A stretch of 64,000 bases of DNA from IMG/VR virus record IMGVR_UViG_3300032053_000012; one strand, written 5' to 3'. The notes beneath the pieces were generated by a model. It was not told the DNA's origin and searched no databases. It saw only the letters and a list, made by a program, of their open reading frames with translations. The DNA comes from an uncultured virus (IMG/VR IMGVR_UViG_3300032053_000012). Lineage: Duplodnaviria; Heunggongvirae; Uroviricota; Caudoviricetes. Below, in pieces: positions 9,924 to 19,780 of the stretch. The position numbers were made by a program, and so were the translations under genes. Positions within the stretch are counted from its first letter, which is position 1. Every line of letters begins with the position of its first letter.

Positions 9924-10777
9924 CGGTACCCCCTGCGGTAGCTCGCGCCCATGCGAGGGGCCGGGGCCGGAGGAAGGATCGGGATCGGCGCGTACTTCCT
10001 CTCGCACGCCGACTTGCCCGCGTAGAACCCTCGGACGTAGTCTGCCGAGAACGTCTTGCCGCTCGGCCTCCACGACGTGTACGGCCACGTCCCGAACACG
10101 ACGCGTTTGTCGTAGACCGGGGTCTCGCCCGCCATGACGTGCGCCACGATCTCGTCGCTGCGCTCCCTGATGTAGGGCATACCCGCGATACCGAACGACC
10201 CGCCGTCGGCGATCGTGATCCTGATCTCGCCCTTGCGCAGCCACTCGCAGTACACCCCGCCGTCGTGCTCGCCGCGGTTGTACTCCGCGCGCGCCTTGTC
10301 GCCTGGACTCCACCGCGTGCCGAACCGCGAGGGCGCCACGAACCGAGAGGGCGGCGGTTGCCACGTGACGGGCGTGTTGAACCAGCGTGCCTCGGTCTGG
10401 AGAGGAGGCTCTGGTAGCGTAGCGACTGGGTCGGCCACGACGAGTGCCGCGAAGCGCGGGTCTGCCGCCCTGCTACCGGCTGGGGTCAGGTTCGGAGTCG
10501 CGGTGCCGGGGATCTTCCACGGCTGCTGCGTCACGGGCACGCTGCGGAACATCGGCGCGACCAGGCTCGTCGCCATCCCGCCGATCGCCCCCACCAGGGC
10601 GCCCGGCGCGCCCCCGATCACCGCCCCCGTCGCCGCGGACACGCAGACTCCGACGATGTCGGTGGCGACGGGCGGGACGGACCTGCACCCGCGACCTCCC
10701 ATGCATTCGCACGGGCCGCCGCACCCGCCGACGCACCCGCCGACCCACGCGCTCGGCTGCCTGTTCGTGATCGTCAT
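9920..10777 (-). CDS. putative membrane protein with Cys/Gly-rich N-terminus
   Basis: GGCVGGCGGPCEC and glycine-zipper-like GAVIGGAPGALVGAIGG. Confidence 0.6.
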   Translation of the reverse strand: MTITNRQPSAWVGGCVGGCGGPCECMGGRGCRSVPPVATDIVGVCVSAATGAVIGGAPGALVGAIGGMATSLVAPMFRSVPVTQQPWKIPGTATPNLTPAGSRAADPRFAALVVADPVATLPEPPLQTEARWFNTPVTWQPPPSRFVAPSRFGTRWSPGDKARAEYNRGEHDGGVYCEWLRKGEIRITIADGGSFGIAGMPYIRERSDEIVAHVMAGETPVYDKRVVFGTWPYTSWRPSGKTFSADYVRGFYAGKSACERKYAPIPILPPAPAPRMGASYRRGYR

Positions 10778-11334
10778 GGTCTCCTCCTTGACTTCGACTT
10801 CGCCTTCTCCAGCTTCTCATGCTCGTCCCACCACCGCGCCTCGAGCCACGCCGTCAGCCAGCGCTGCGCGCTCGGGCATACTTCTCCGTAGTCCCGCACC
10901 GCGATTCTACCATTCGAGAGTGCCGCCCGTATCGGTCGCTCGGCCCGGTTCGCCGCCTCGTGCGCCGCGTCGTACCCGATCCTACGCCCCCCGAACGGCG
11001 GCCCGCTGACCTCCCCGCGCATGATCATCCCCTCGACGAGCTCGTGCAGCACCACCGGCGCCATGTCGCTCGGCGGCAGGAACCGCTCGACCCACACCTC
11101 GCCCGGCGGCACGTACCGGTACCGCGCGTCGTTGCCCCCCGTCGTGAAGTCGATGTCCACGAGGTCGCGCACCACCTGGCCGTCCACCGCGACGACTGCG
11201 TGCGCCCCCGCCTCGCCGACCAGTCCCCCCGACCGCACCGCCGCGATCACGTCGGGTGACAAACTCGACCCCGCGTGCGGCACGTAGTGGTCCATGTCCT
11301 GCGGCGGCGGCTTCCTCGGCGGCTTGCTCGGCAT
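10774..11334 (-). CDS. hypothetical protein, possible zincin-like metal-binding fold
   Basis: VVLHELVE...YDAAHEAA motif. Confidence 0.5.
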   Translation of the reverse strand: MPSKPPRKPPPQDMDHYVPHAGSSLSPDVIAAVRSGGLVGEAGAHAVVAVDGQVVRDLVDIDFTTGGNDARYRYVPPGEVWVERFLPPSDMAPVVLHELVEGMIMRGEVSGPPFGGRRIGYDAAHEAANRAERPIRAALSNGRIAVRDYGEVCPSAQRWLTAWLEARWWDEHEKLEKAKSKSRRRP

Positions 11335-11347
11335 GATTGCGGCAGAC

Positions 11348-12574
11348 CTATCTCCGACCCGCGACGGTCGACGTCGCCGCGAGCCAGTACTGCGGCGCCG
11401 GTCGCCACGTCTTGACCACGCGCACGTGGCCGCCCTTGACCAGCCGGTAGAGCCTCGACTTCGTCATGGCCGGGAGGCGGTGGATCGCGTTCGAGTAGAC
11501 GAGCGCGCTCGACACGTACCCGATCGGCAGCGGCGCGGCCTCGAGCGCCGCGAGGATCGGACCGTCCTTCTCGTCTGGCAGTAGCTTCGCCGACGCCTTC
11601 TGGAACGCCTTGACGTACGGCCCGGGCGCGTACCGGAGCTCGTCGATCTTCTGCTGGGTCACGTCTTCTATCTCGCCCGAGGCCATCGCTCTCGCGAACC
11701 CGGGGCCGTCGTCGAACTGGACGACCACCTCGTTCCTGCCGAACACGTCGGATCCGTGACCGGCTCGATTCATCTCGAAGCCTCCAGCTCGGTCAGCCTT
11801 TCCCTCCCGCGTCGTCCGCACCTGGTCGTACGGCGCGCTCGCGAGGACCGGTCCGGCCATCGTCGTCTCAGGCGACCCCCTCTGCTCGCGCACCTCTACG
11901 GTCGGTCCGTTCTGCCAGACGTTGAACGCCTTGCGCTTTGCCCCCGGCTTCTGCGCCATGACGGTGTAGTCGTCGAACGCTCGGATCACGTCGAATTTCT
12001 GACGGCCGACGACCACGCGATCGCCCAGCCGCAGTCCGCGAAGCGGCCTGGCGCTGCGCCACGGCTCCTCGGTCGTCGTCGACGGCTGGACGTCGAATAC
12101 CTCGCTGCCGAAGCCCTCGAAGCCCTCGGGGAGCGAGGAGGCGGCGCGGTTCTCCGTCTCGTAGACCCCTCGCTCGAACGCCTTGATCGCCTGCCCGACC
12201 GTCTTGTACCCACCGGACATGAACCGCCCGTCCTCGACCACGTACAGATCGTGTGGCGGATTCCCCTGGCTCCTCCCGATCATCCCGCGTCGGCCGTCGG
12301 GCATGACGACTTCGTAGAGAAAAGCGCCTCCGCGGCGCTCCTCCCACTTGTAGCCGCTGCCCTTCGGGTAGACCGTCGCGGTCGGACGAGAGGGACGAGC
12401 GCGCTCCTCCATCCTCGCGATCTCGCTGCGAACGATATGGAGCCTCATGGCGGCCGGGTTGAGCCCGCCGATCATTCGACCCATCGGATGGTGCTGCCCC
12501 TTGTCGCCGAACTCGCGGATCAGTGCCGCGCGTTCCTCGCGCAGGGCCTTGAGTCTCGGATCCGTGCTGGACAT
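11348..12574 (-). CDS. hypothetical multi-domain protein
   Basis: 408-aa ORF. Confidence 0.65.
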   Translation of the reverse strand: MSSTDPRLKALREERAALIREFGDKGQHHPMGRMIGGLNPAAMRLHIVRSEIARMEERARPSRPTATVYPKGSGYKWEERRGGAFLYEVVMPDGRRGMIGRSQGNPPHDLYVVEDGRFMSGGYKTVGQAIKAFERGVYETENRAASSLPEGFEGFGSEVFDVQPSTTTEEPWRSARPLRGLRLGDRVVVGRQKFDVIRAFDDYTVMAQKPGAKRKAFNVWQNGPTVEVREQRGSPETTMAGPVLASAPYDQVRTTREGKADRAGGFEMNRAGHGSDVFGRNEVVVQFDDGPGFARAMASGEIEDVTQQKIDELRYAPGPYVKAFQKASAKLLPDEKDGPILAALEAAPLPIGYVSSALVYSNAIHRLPAMTKSRLYRLVKGGHVRVVKTWRPAPQYWLAATSTVAGRR

Positions 12575-12584
12575 GGCGTGTCTC

Positions 12585-13250
12585 TTAGAGGACCAGCAGG
12601 ATCAGCAGGCCGATCGCGGCGGCCGTGAGGAGGGCGACACCCGTCCCCGTCGCGACCGCGGAGTCGCTCACCCCGGTGTCGCCGCCTCCACCACCGTGCG
12701 CGGGCGCCGCGAACTCGCTCGACCTCGGCGTGGGCTTCGCTGGCGCCGTGTTCGTGACGCCGTACGACTCGAAGGTCGACGCGGCCTTCTTCGGCTCGAC
12801 GTCCGCCACGCTCCACGGCGCGACGAGGAAGACCTGTCCGATGAACGGCAGCGGCACCGACGGGTCGAGCTTGTGCGTCTTGGCCACCTCCGTCACGCGC
12901 ACCGTGTACGAGTCCGGCAGCAGCGGCGTCCTGCCGATCACCACCTCGCCGCGAAGCACCGCCATGTTCGAGTCGTCGTCCATGCCGGCGCGCCACCCGT
13001 ACTGCGCGGTGAACCGCACCGTCGATCCCACCGGGATCGCCTGCTTCTTGTCCTGGTCCTCGCGGCTCGCCGTCGTCGACACCACCACCCACACGTCGGG
13101 CGCGGCCTCGCCCACGCGCACGCGCGGCGCGCGGCGACCCGGTGCACCTGGCGCGTGCGCGGGAGGACGCGCGACACCACGCGCATCGCGCGCGTCGGAG
13201 AAGCACCTCGGGGATCTCGTGCTCAGGGCGGTACGCTGGGTCGTCGTCAT
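12585..13250 (-). CDS. putative virion protein with C-terminal TM anchor
   Basis: ends ...GVALLTAAAIGLLILLVL. Confidence 0.65.
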   Translation of the reverse strand: MTTTQRTALSTRSPRCFSDARDARGVARPPAHAPGAPGRRAPRVRVGEAAPDVWVVVSTTASREDQDKKQAIPVGSTVRFTAQYGWRAGMDDDSNMAVLRGEVVIGRTPLLPDSYTVRVTEVAKTHKLDPSVPLPFIGQVFLVAPWSVADVEPKKAASTFESYGVTNTAPAKPTPRSSEFAAPAHGGGGGDTGVSDSAVATGTGVALLTAAAIGLLILLVL

Positions 13251-13278
13251 CTGGCTTCCTTGACTTTCTCTCGTGATC

Positions 13279-14190
13279 CTACGCGATAAGCAGCCACGCC
13301 ACTACGCCCGCGGCCCCGACGAGGAGCAGGGTCCCGCCCCCGCCTCCGCTCGTCTGCGGCGTCGGGGATCCTCCCGTCGGTCGCCCGTCCGGCTCGCCCG
13401 GCCCCGCCTCAGTCTTCGGCGCGGGCGACGGAGGCGCCTGCTTCGGTTCGCTCCGCGGCGCGTGCGTCTCGGCGAACCCATCGATCCTCGCCTCGAGCGC
13501 GTGCTCCGAGGGTGCCCGGAACCAGACGCCGATCCCGAGCTCGTCGAAGAACGCGCCGCTCTCGTACATGCCGTACGCAGCCCTCCCGATCGATCCGACC
13601 CAGCGCAGGTCGCTGCCCGCCCACGCCGTCGACCCGATCCCGCTCGATTTCGCCGTGTCCTCGACTCGCCAGGTCTGCCCGTTTTGGTCGACGTAGAGCC
13701 AGCGGCCCGTCTCCACGGACATGCCCGACTTGCCGAGTGACTTTCCGACGCTCGGCCTCGCTCTCCACTCCCCCCCGCGCCACGACTCAGGAAAGGCGTA
13801 GCGCCCCTCCTCCTCCACCATGCGCGCCGCCCACGTCGGCGTCCCCCGCGCCCGGTGGATCCCCTCGAGCGCCGCGTAGAACGCCGCGTCGTGCCCCGCG
13901 TGCCCCGCCGCGTGCGCGAGCTCGTGGCCGACCGTCGCGGCCGTCACCTCGGCCCGCGGGTGCGCGTACACCCCCGCCGCGTGCATCTCGGGAAAATACC
14001 GCCCCCCGATCACCGGGCGGCCGGTCCCGAGGATCCCAGGATTTCCCGGCTGCGGCAGCACCACCACCGCGGGCGGACCGCCCCTCGGCGGCCCCCCGGC
14101 CGGGTACCCCGCCGCCACGATCGCCGCGCGCACCCGCTCCACCGTGATCGGGTAGCGCCGGAAGAACTCGCTCGGCTGCCGCCAGGCCAC
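13279..14190 (-). CDS. HEXXH metallopeptidase-like protein with C-terminal TM anchor
   Basis: VGHELAHAAGHAGHDAAFY; ends LLLVGAAGVVAWLLIA. Confidence 0.6.
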   Translation of the reverse strand: MAWRQPSEFFRRYPITVERVRAAIVAAGYPAGGPPRGGPPAVVVLPQPGNPGILGTGRPVIGGRYFPEMHAAGVYAHPRAEVTAATVGHELAHAAGHAGHDAAFYAALEGIHRARGTPTWAARMVEEEGRYAFPESWRGGEWRARPSVGKSLGKSGMSVETGRWLYVDQNGQTWRVEDTAKSSGIGSTAWAGSDLRWVGSIGRAAYGMYESGAFFDELGIGVWFRAPSEHALEARIDGFAETHAPRSEPKQAPPSPAPKTEAGPGEPDGRPTGGSPTPQTSGGGGGTLLLVGAAGVVAWLLIA

Positions 14191-14202
14191 GGCTCGCCCG
14201 CC

Positions 14203-14400
14203 CTACCGTAGCTCGCGGACGAAGAACCACAGCCCCGCGATCACCGCGCCCCCGATCAGCACGCCCCGGTACGTCGACGTCCTGACCTCCTCGTCGGTCA
14301 GCCCCACCCGCGTGCGAGCTGCTGTGCGTCTTGCCAGCGTCTGAGGCGCGCTGACCGCGCCCCACGTCGTCGGCGCCCGGAGCGAGATCGTCGTCGTCAT
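14203..14400 (-). CDS. small membrane protein
   Basis: 65 aa with a C-terminal TM helix. Confidence 0.55.
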   Translation of the reverse strand: MTTTISLRAPTTWGAVSAPQTLARRTAARTRVGLTDEEVRTSTYRGVLIGGAVIAGLWFFVRELR

Positions 14401-14404
14401 CGCC

Positions 14405-14731
14405 CTAGATCCTCCCGCGCAGGCCGTGCATGCGCGCGATCTCGCGCAGCATCTCCGACCCGGTGTTCGTCGCCTCGTACGCCTCGTCGATCCTCTTGAT
14501 CAGCGCCGGCAGGTCGCGGTATCCCGGGATCGGCCGGTGCGGCAGGTCCCTCGGGTCGATCTGGCGCAGCAGCGACCCGGCCTCGATCAAGGCCGCGTGC
14601 GCGCGCCAGAGCGGCCCGTCGTGCACCGCCTTCAGCGCCTGCGCCGCGGCGACCCACTCGGGGCGCGGCGACGCTGCGGACGCCGCGGCGCTGTTCCTCT
14701 TCCTCGTCTTGCTCGTCCTGCTCGCGCTCAT
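14405..14731 (-). CDS. hypothetical protein
   Basis: MSASRTSKTRKR...; ATGA coupling. Confidence 0.5.
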   Translation of the reverse strand: MSASRTSKTRKRNSAAASAASPRPEWVAAAQALKAVHDGPLWRAHAALIEAGSLLRQIDPRDLPHRPIPGYRDLPALIKRIDEAYEATNTGSEMLREIARMHGLRGRI

Positions 14732-15060
14732 CGCCTCGCCCTCGCCTTCCTGCCGGTGAATGGGCCGTCTTGCCCGCGCGACAGCATCGCGGCAAGCGCC
14801 TCCGCGCGCGTCCGGTGCGCGTACGTCCAGTGCCAGCCGCGGTGCCCTGGCTCGCCCGTGCGGAGCACCCCCGCGTTCGGCCAGAGTTCGACCCACGAAC
14901 CCTCGCGCGCTCGCCCGGCCACGACCCGGCCGATCGCGCTCACGACCTCCTCGCCCGGCGTCCCGCCGAGGAACAGCGCGAGGGAGTCGACGACCACGCT
15001 GTCGCTCGTCGTGATCGACCCGCCGAACGTCCCGACCGCGTAGGCGCCGCTCCTGATCAC
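14728..15060 (-). CDS. hypothetical protein
   Basis: GTGA-coupled ORF. Confidence 0.45.
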   Translation of the reverse strand: MIRSGAYAVGTFGGSITTSDSVVVDSLALFLGGTPGEEVVSAIGRVVAGRAREGSWVELWPNAGVLRTGEPGHRGWHWTYAHRTRAEALAAMLSRGQDGPFTGRKARARR

Positions 15061-16364
15061 AGGATCACCTTGAGGATGATCCCGATCACCGCGGCCACCC
15101 CGAGGAACGTCGCCACGCCGCCTCCGCTCGCTCCAGCGCCGCCGCCGGGCGCACTGCTCGTCGACGACGGCTTCGCCACGCGCTTGTCTATGCGCATGAT
15201 GCGCTCGTCTTCCGCGAGTTTGAACGCGTCTGACACCAGGACCTGCCACTGCACCATCCCCGCGTTGACCGGGTACGCGCCGGCTCGCATCGGGATCAAG
15301 CCCGAGACGCTGTCGTAGTCCAGGAGCAGGTCGGGACGACCGCGCCACCCTAGCGACCTGCTCCATAGCTTCTCCGCGAACGGTCGCCACGGGATACCCG
15401 CCATCTTCGCGATCACCATCGCGACGAGCACCACCTGCGTGTCGTCCGCGTATGCCCCCGTGTTCCACAGCTGCGCGACCGCGCCCGCGATCTCCGGGTC
15501 GTTCGCCTGCGCCAGGTAGAGCGCCCACCACTGCTCGACCACCTCGCGGTCCGCCCTCGGCATGCGCATGAACTTCGCGAGGGTCCAGCACACGACGTCC
15601 GCCATGTACGGCGCGCTCGCGTTAGGTCCACCGACGATCACGGGCAGCGTCGGCGTCTGCCACGACGGCGGCAGGCCCTTCGTCAGCGAGTCGCCTATGC
15701 AGAAGACCATGCGGTCGAGCTGCGCCTGCGCGATCTCGAGGTCCTTCGCAGGTCCTACCCGGATCCCCAGCGCGTTGATCCCCTTCAGGATCGCCGCACC
15801 GATGTCCGTCGCCTTGTCCAGCCACCACGAGGTCGCGGCTCCCGCTGCAGGTCCGGCCAGGTAGATCGACAGCTTTTCGCCGGCCCACTTCGCACCCTTG
15901 TACTGCGCGCTCTTCTTGAGGGTCTCGCCAGCGTGGGTGTTGTACTTGTCGTTCATGTCCGCGGCGTACGCCGCCGCCTGGGTGGCCATCGCGAGTGGGT
16001 CGGTCGGGAGCGTGGTCGGGTCCGCGCGCTTCAGCCACTCGTCGATGTACGCGATCCGCGCCCTCGCGTTGTTCGCGACCGCGGTCTCGTTGCCCGGGTC
16101 GTCGCGGAAGTCGTTGATCTGCGCCCACACGTTCGTGGCCCCCGGGTTCGTGCCCCACCACGGGTCGAGGAACTTCTCCGTGGGGAACGGGTTGGCGTCG
16201 GTGTAGGAGGAGGATACGACGCCGGGACTCACTGCGACGGGGGCGTACTCCGTCGCTCGCTTCCCGAGCGTGAACTCGCCGACGCGCGATCCGGCACGCG
16301 CCTCTGTTCCGACGCGCGCGTCGCGGAGGACGTTTCGGAAGACCGTGGGCTGGCGGTAGATCAC
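15057..16364 (-). CDS. putative virion protein with C-terminal TM anchor
   Basis: 435 aa; Gly/Ser linker then VATFLGVAAVIGIILKVIL. Confidence 0.7.
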   Translation of the reverse strand: MIYRQPTVFRNVLRDARVGTEARAGSRVGEFTLGKRATEYAPVAVSPGVVSSSYTDANPFPTEKFLDPWWGTNPGATNVWAQINDFRDDPGNETAVANNARARIAYIDEWLKRADPTTLPTDPLAMATQAAAYAADMNDKYNTHAGETLKKSAQYKGAKWAGEKLSIYLAGPAAGAATSWWLDKATDIGAAILKGINALGIRVGPAKDLEIAQAQLDRMVFCIGDSLTKGLPPSWQTPTLPVIVGGPNASAPYMADVVCWTLAKFMRMPRADREVVEQWWALYLAQANDPEIAGAVAQLWNTGAYADDTQVVLVAMVIAKMAGIPWRPFAEKLWSRSLGWRGRPDLLLDYDSVSGLIPMRAGAYPVNAGMVQWQVLVSDAFKLAEDERIMRIDKRVAKPSSTSSAPGGGAGASGGGVATFLGVAAVIGIILKVIL

Positions 16365-16373
16365 GAGACCCCG

Positions 16374-17543
16374 TCAGTACGACCGGTAGAGGACGTTCTG
16401 GCCGCCCGTTCGGCGCACATTCACGGTTGCGGGCGGGCGGTGCATCGGGTGCTCGACGTAGCCGGCTCGACGCATCGCCTCGACTTGCGCCTGGCGTACG
16501 AGGCTTTGCCCGACGCCTGAGGCAAACTTCGGACGAATCGCCGTTGCCGGGGTCGGGCGGCGGTAGCGCTTGTATCCGTTCTCGTAGCCGCGCGCGATCT
16601 CGGCCGCGCACGCCATCTTCTCGCTCGCGCTCAAGTCTGGCGCGCGCGCGACGTCCGAATGCCCCACGATCGCGTGGTCGTACGGTCTGCCCTCCGCGCC
16701 GTCTCTCTGGCCACGGCGGAAGCCCCAGTTGTAGCACTCGCCGATCACGCCTACCGGCGCGCTCGGCGCGCTCAGCGTGAGGTTCCTCGGCGCCGACACC
16801 ATCATCCTCGGCGCCATCGCGCCCACGCCCACGCTCGAGAGCGCACCCCCGATCGCATTCGCGAACCCCGTCACCACGCCGCCAGCACTGGTGCGACCGA
16901 CGCCGGCGGCAGGGCTGAAGATATCGACGATTTTCTCTGCCTGGCAGCGCCTGTAGCCAAACTCATAGCCGTTGTCCCACCCTTGCTTGTACGACGCGGC
17001 GTCGCCGCTCTCCGCGGCCCGCGCCTTGAAGTTCGTCCCGCTGTAGTACGAGTGCGCGTTCTCCTCGTAGCCGCCCTCGCAGTCCTCGGTCCCCTTGTTC
17101 CTCCCGCGACGGTAGCCGTACTCCATCGCGGTCTCCCCCTCGCGCATCGCCCCCGGCAGCCCGCTCGCTGGCCCGGGCGGACGCCACGCGGGGGTGGTGC
17201 TGCTGCCCGGCACGGACTCCTTCTTGATCTTCGCCGCCGCGGCCGCCGCGGCGATCCCGTCCACGTACCCGTCGTGGTATCCCGCCTGGTACGCCGCAGC
17301 GTTCCCGCTGGCCTTCGCGTCCGCCGCGGGCGCGAGCGGGTTCAGGTCCTCCGGCTGCCCCGCCGCGACGTCGGCCGCGGCCCTCGCGGTCCCCGCCACG
17401 TAGCCCGCGTCGCGCGCGAGCTTCGTCTTCGCGCTGTCCTCGACCGGCGCCTTCGGCTTCGCCGCCTTGGCCGACCCTCCGAGGTAGAGCAGCCCGAGGA
17501 GCGCCGCGGCGCCGATCGCGATGGGGACGAGGGGTGCGGCCAT
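16374..17543 (-). CDS. N-anchored protein with repeated GYxxG helical-hairpin modules
   Basis: MAAPLVPIAIGAAALLGLLYLGG; three GY..G...Y..GY..GY modules; AAGGAAG RBS. Confidence 0.7.
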   Translation of the reverse strand: MAAPLVPIAIGAAALLGLLYLGGSAKAAKPKAPVEDSAKTKLARDAGYVAGTARAAADVAAGQPEDLNPLAPAADAKASGNAAAYQAGYHDGYVDGIAAAAAAAKIKKESVPGSSTTPAWRPPGPASGLPGAMREGETAMEYGYRRGRNKGTEDCEGGYEENAHSYYSGTNFKARAAESGDAASYKQGWDNGYEFGYRRCQAEKIVDIFSPAAGVGRTSAGGVVTGFANAIGGALSSVGVGAMAPRMMVSAPRNLTLSAPSAPVGVIGECYNWGFRRGQRDGAEGRPYDHAIVGHSDVARAPDLSASEKMACAAEIARGYENGYKRYRRPTPATAIRPKFASGVGQSLVRQAQVEAMRRAGYVEHPMHRPPATVNVRRTGGQNVLYRSY

Positions 17544-17611
17544 GTTCCGACTTCCTTTTCTTCTGGTGGGGTCTTCGTGGGGTCTTCGTGAAGGATCTGA
17601 GAGAGAGACGA

Positions 17612-17641
17612 GTAAAAAAAACGACGGCGGATCGCCCGCGC
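17612..17641 (-). terminator. possible intrinsic terminator
   Basis: short GC stem followed by T8 on the minus strand right after the stop of 17642..18397. Confidence 0.35.
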
Positions 17642-18397
17642 CTACGGCGCGAGGTAGAAGATGACGGCCGTCCCGTTCGACGCCGCTCCGCCCGGGTTGC
17701 CCAGCGTGAACGCGCGCGCGCCGTTCACGATCGGGACCGAGTCCTGGTCCAGCTTCCCGAGCGGCGCCTCCGACAGCGACGACGCGACCTGCGGCACCCG
17801 GTGCTGGTTGAGCACCAGGGTCGGCACCGTCCCGCTCGTGTTCTGCATCACCGCGGACACCGCGAACCTCGGCAGGAGGAAGAAGGCCGAGCTCGACGCC
17901 GGCGGGATCACCCCGACCTTCACCGTCCGGCGCACCGGGTCGGTCACCCCGATCCCGCCCTGCGCGCCCACGCCCACGCTCACCGTCACGTCGACCGTCG
18001 GCTGCGTCGCGCCCGGCACCGTCGTCGGCGGGTACAGGTAGAACACCTCGAGGCCGTAGGCGATGAGCGACAGCGTCGTGCCGTTGATCGCGTCCACCTC
18101 GACGATCGGGTCGTCCGGCCCGCAGTTCTCCCCGCTCCCCCACCGCACCTGGAACGCGAGGTCGGAGAGGTCGTCCGTCGGCTGGAGACCCCCCGCGGGC
18201 GGCGCCACGCCGAGCGTCACCTCGACCGTCTGCGCGCCCATGTCGTTCTCGCGGTAGTAGACCGGCAGGCACCACTCGAACACGCGCTCCGCGCTCAGGC
18301 TCGGCACCGCGGGCTTCTTCGCCCCCGTGTGGTAGGTGCGTCCCGGCCCGACGATGGCGCGCGCGCGCGGCGGCGGCGCTCGACCCGCGCGGTTCAT
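17642..18397 (-). CDS. beta-strand-rich putative capsid/vertex protein
   Basis: alternating hydrophobic strands (TVEVTLGV, LAFQVRWG, TVDVTVSVGVG, AVIFYL); no TM helix. Confidence 0.5.
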   Translation of the reverse strand: MNRAGRAPPPRARAIVGPGRTYHTGAKKPAVPSLSAERVFEWCLPVYYRENDMGAQTVEVTLGVAPPAGGLQPTDDLSDLAFQVRWGSGENCGPDDPIVEVDAINGTTLSLIAYGLEVFYLYPPTTVPGATQPTVDVTVSVGVGAQGGIGVTDPVRRTVKVGVIPPASSSAFFLLPRFAVSAVMQNTSGTVPTLVLNQHRVPQVASSLSEAPLGKLDQDSVPIVNGARAFTLGNPGGAASNGTAVIFYLAP

Positions 18398-18918
18398 CGC
18401 CAGCCTCCTCGGCCGTCGCCGTGTTCCTCGTAGTCGCGGTCCTCGTACTCGCCGACGCACTCGCCGAGCGTGAAGTGCCGGTCGGCGAAGCTGCCCGCCA
18501 CCGCGACCACCGACGCTCGCGTGGGCGGCGCGGCTCGCGCGGGCGGCGCGGGCGGCGCGGGCGGCGCGGGCGGCGCGGGCGGCAACAGATGCAGATGATG
18601 ACGCGGATCCGACGCAGGCGCCGCGATCCTGCTGCGGATCGACGGCGCGTTTTGCGCGTTGTCGTCGATCCCCAGCGCGCCGACCATGCGCGTGTAGAGC
18701 AGCGGCGCCCTCTCGAACGCGCGCGCCTTCGCCCAGTCGTACGCGGCGACCGTCTCGAAGCTCGACACGAAGCCCACGCGCGTCTTCGCCGCCCCGTACG
18801 GCGTCTGGCGCAGGTGGTCGAAGTGGCCGACCACCGTCACGACGTCGCCGTCTCGGTAGACGTCGACCTCGGCGATCGCCGACCCCCTCCCGACCGCGAC
18901 CAGTGCCTTGACGCTCAT
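18394..18918 (-). CDS. hypothetical protein with PPA repeats
   Basis: 174-aa ORF, GGAGG RBS. Confidence 0.55.
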   Translation of the reverse strand: MSVKALVAVGRGSAIAEVDVYRDGDVVTVVGHFDHLRQTPYGAAKTRVGFVSSFETVAAYDWAKARAFERAPLLYTRMVGALGIDDNAQNAPSIRSRIAAPASDPRHHLHLLPPAPPAPPAPPAPPARAAPPTRASVVAVAGSFADRHFTLGECVGEYEDRDYEEHGDGRGGWR

Positions 18919-18922
18919 CGGC

Positions 18923-19780
18923 TCAACCTCCGAGCCTTCCGAAGCTGAGCCCGCCGAGCGGTCCGCCGTGCAGGAGGGACGTCTCGATCGCGACTGCTCG
19001 GTTGAGGATGCACACCGCCGCGGCCGAGTAGACCGCGGCGAGCTCCGCCTTCGGTCCCCAGGTCACGCCGGACTCGTCTACCCACCCGGCGCTCAGCTTC
19101 GTGGCCACCGACGCGAGGAAGTCGCTGATGTTCCGCAGCGCCGTCGGGTTCGTCGGGTCGTTGTCGCGCAGCAGTGCCGCGACGTTCCTCCGCACGCTCG
19201 TCGCCTGCACGCTGTCGGACGCCCCGACGTGGAACGGGTAGGGCGCGTCCGGCAGCGCCGCGACCTCGGCGGCGCAGTAGTCAGGCGGCGGCTCGTCTCG
19301 GCCGGGATCTCGACCCGCACGGCCAGGATCGCCAGGCGTGTAGTCCGGGGCGCGCCACCCAGGCGGGCACTCCCCGTGCGGCGCCGGCTGTCCGAGCACG
19401 TAGTCACCGGGCGGCGACCACCCGGGCACGCTCCCGGGTGCGGGGGCCTTCCCGAGCGCCCAGCCCGCGGGCGCCGCGAAGTCCGCGGGCGGCGTGCACC
19501 CCGGCACCCAGTCGCCAGGCTGCGGCGTCGCCGCGCGTACCTTGTCGAACCCGGCCTTCCATATGCGCCTCGCTGCGGCCTCGCAGCCGGGGATCTTGGC
19601 GTAGACCGCCGAGAGCTTCTGCGCCTCGTCCGGCGAGTACGCCCCGCTCGCGATCTGCCCCTCGATCGCCTTCAGCTTCGCCTCCGTCGGGCACGACGGG
19701 GTCGTGCCGCTCCCCGCGCTCGACCTCGTCGCCGCGTAGACCACGCCGATCAGCACCGCGATCGCGAACAGCGCGCCCAT
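18923..19780 (-). CDS. N-anchored Pro/Gly/Trp-rich protein
   Basis: MGALFAIAVLIGVVYAA..., PGW.PP repeats. Confidence 0.6.
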   Translation of the reverse strand: MGALFAIAVLIGVVYAATRSSAGSGTTPSCPTEAKLKAIEGQIASGAYSPDEAQKLSAVYAKIPGCEAAARRIWKAGFDKVRAATPQPGDWVPGCTPPADFAAPAGWALGKAPAPGSVPGWSPPGDYVLGQPAPHGECPPGWRAPDYTPGDPGRAGRDPGRDEPPPDYCAAEVAALPDAPYPFHVGASDSVQATSVRRNVAALLRDNDPTNPTALRNISDFLASVATKLSAGWVDESGVTWGPKAELAAVYSAAAVCILNRAVAIETSLLHGGPLGGLSFGRLGG

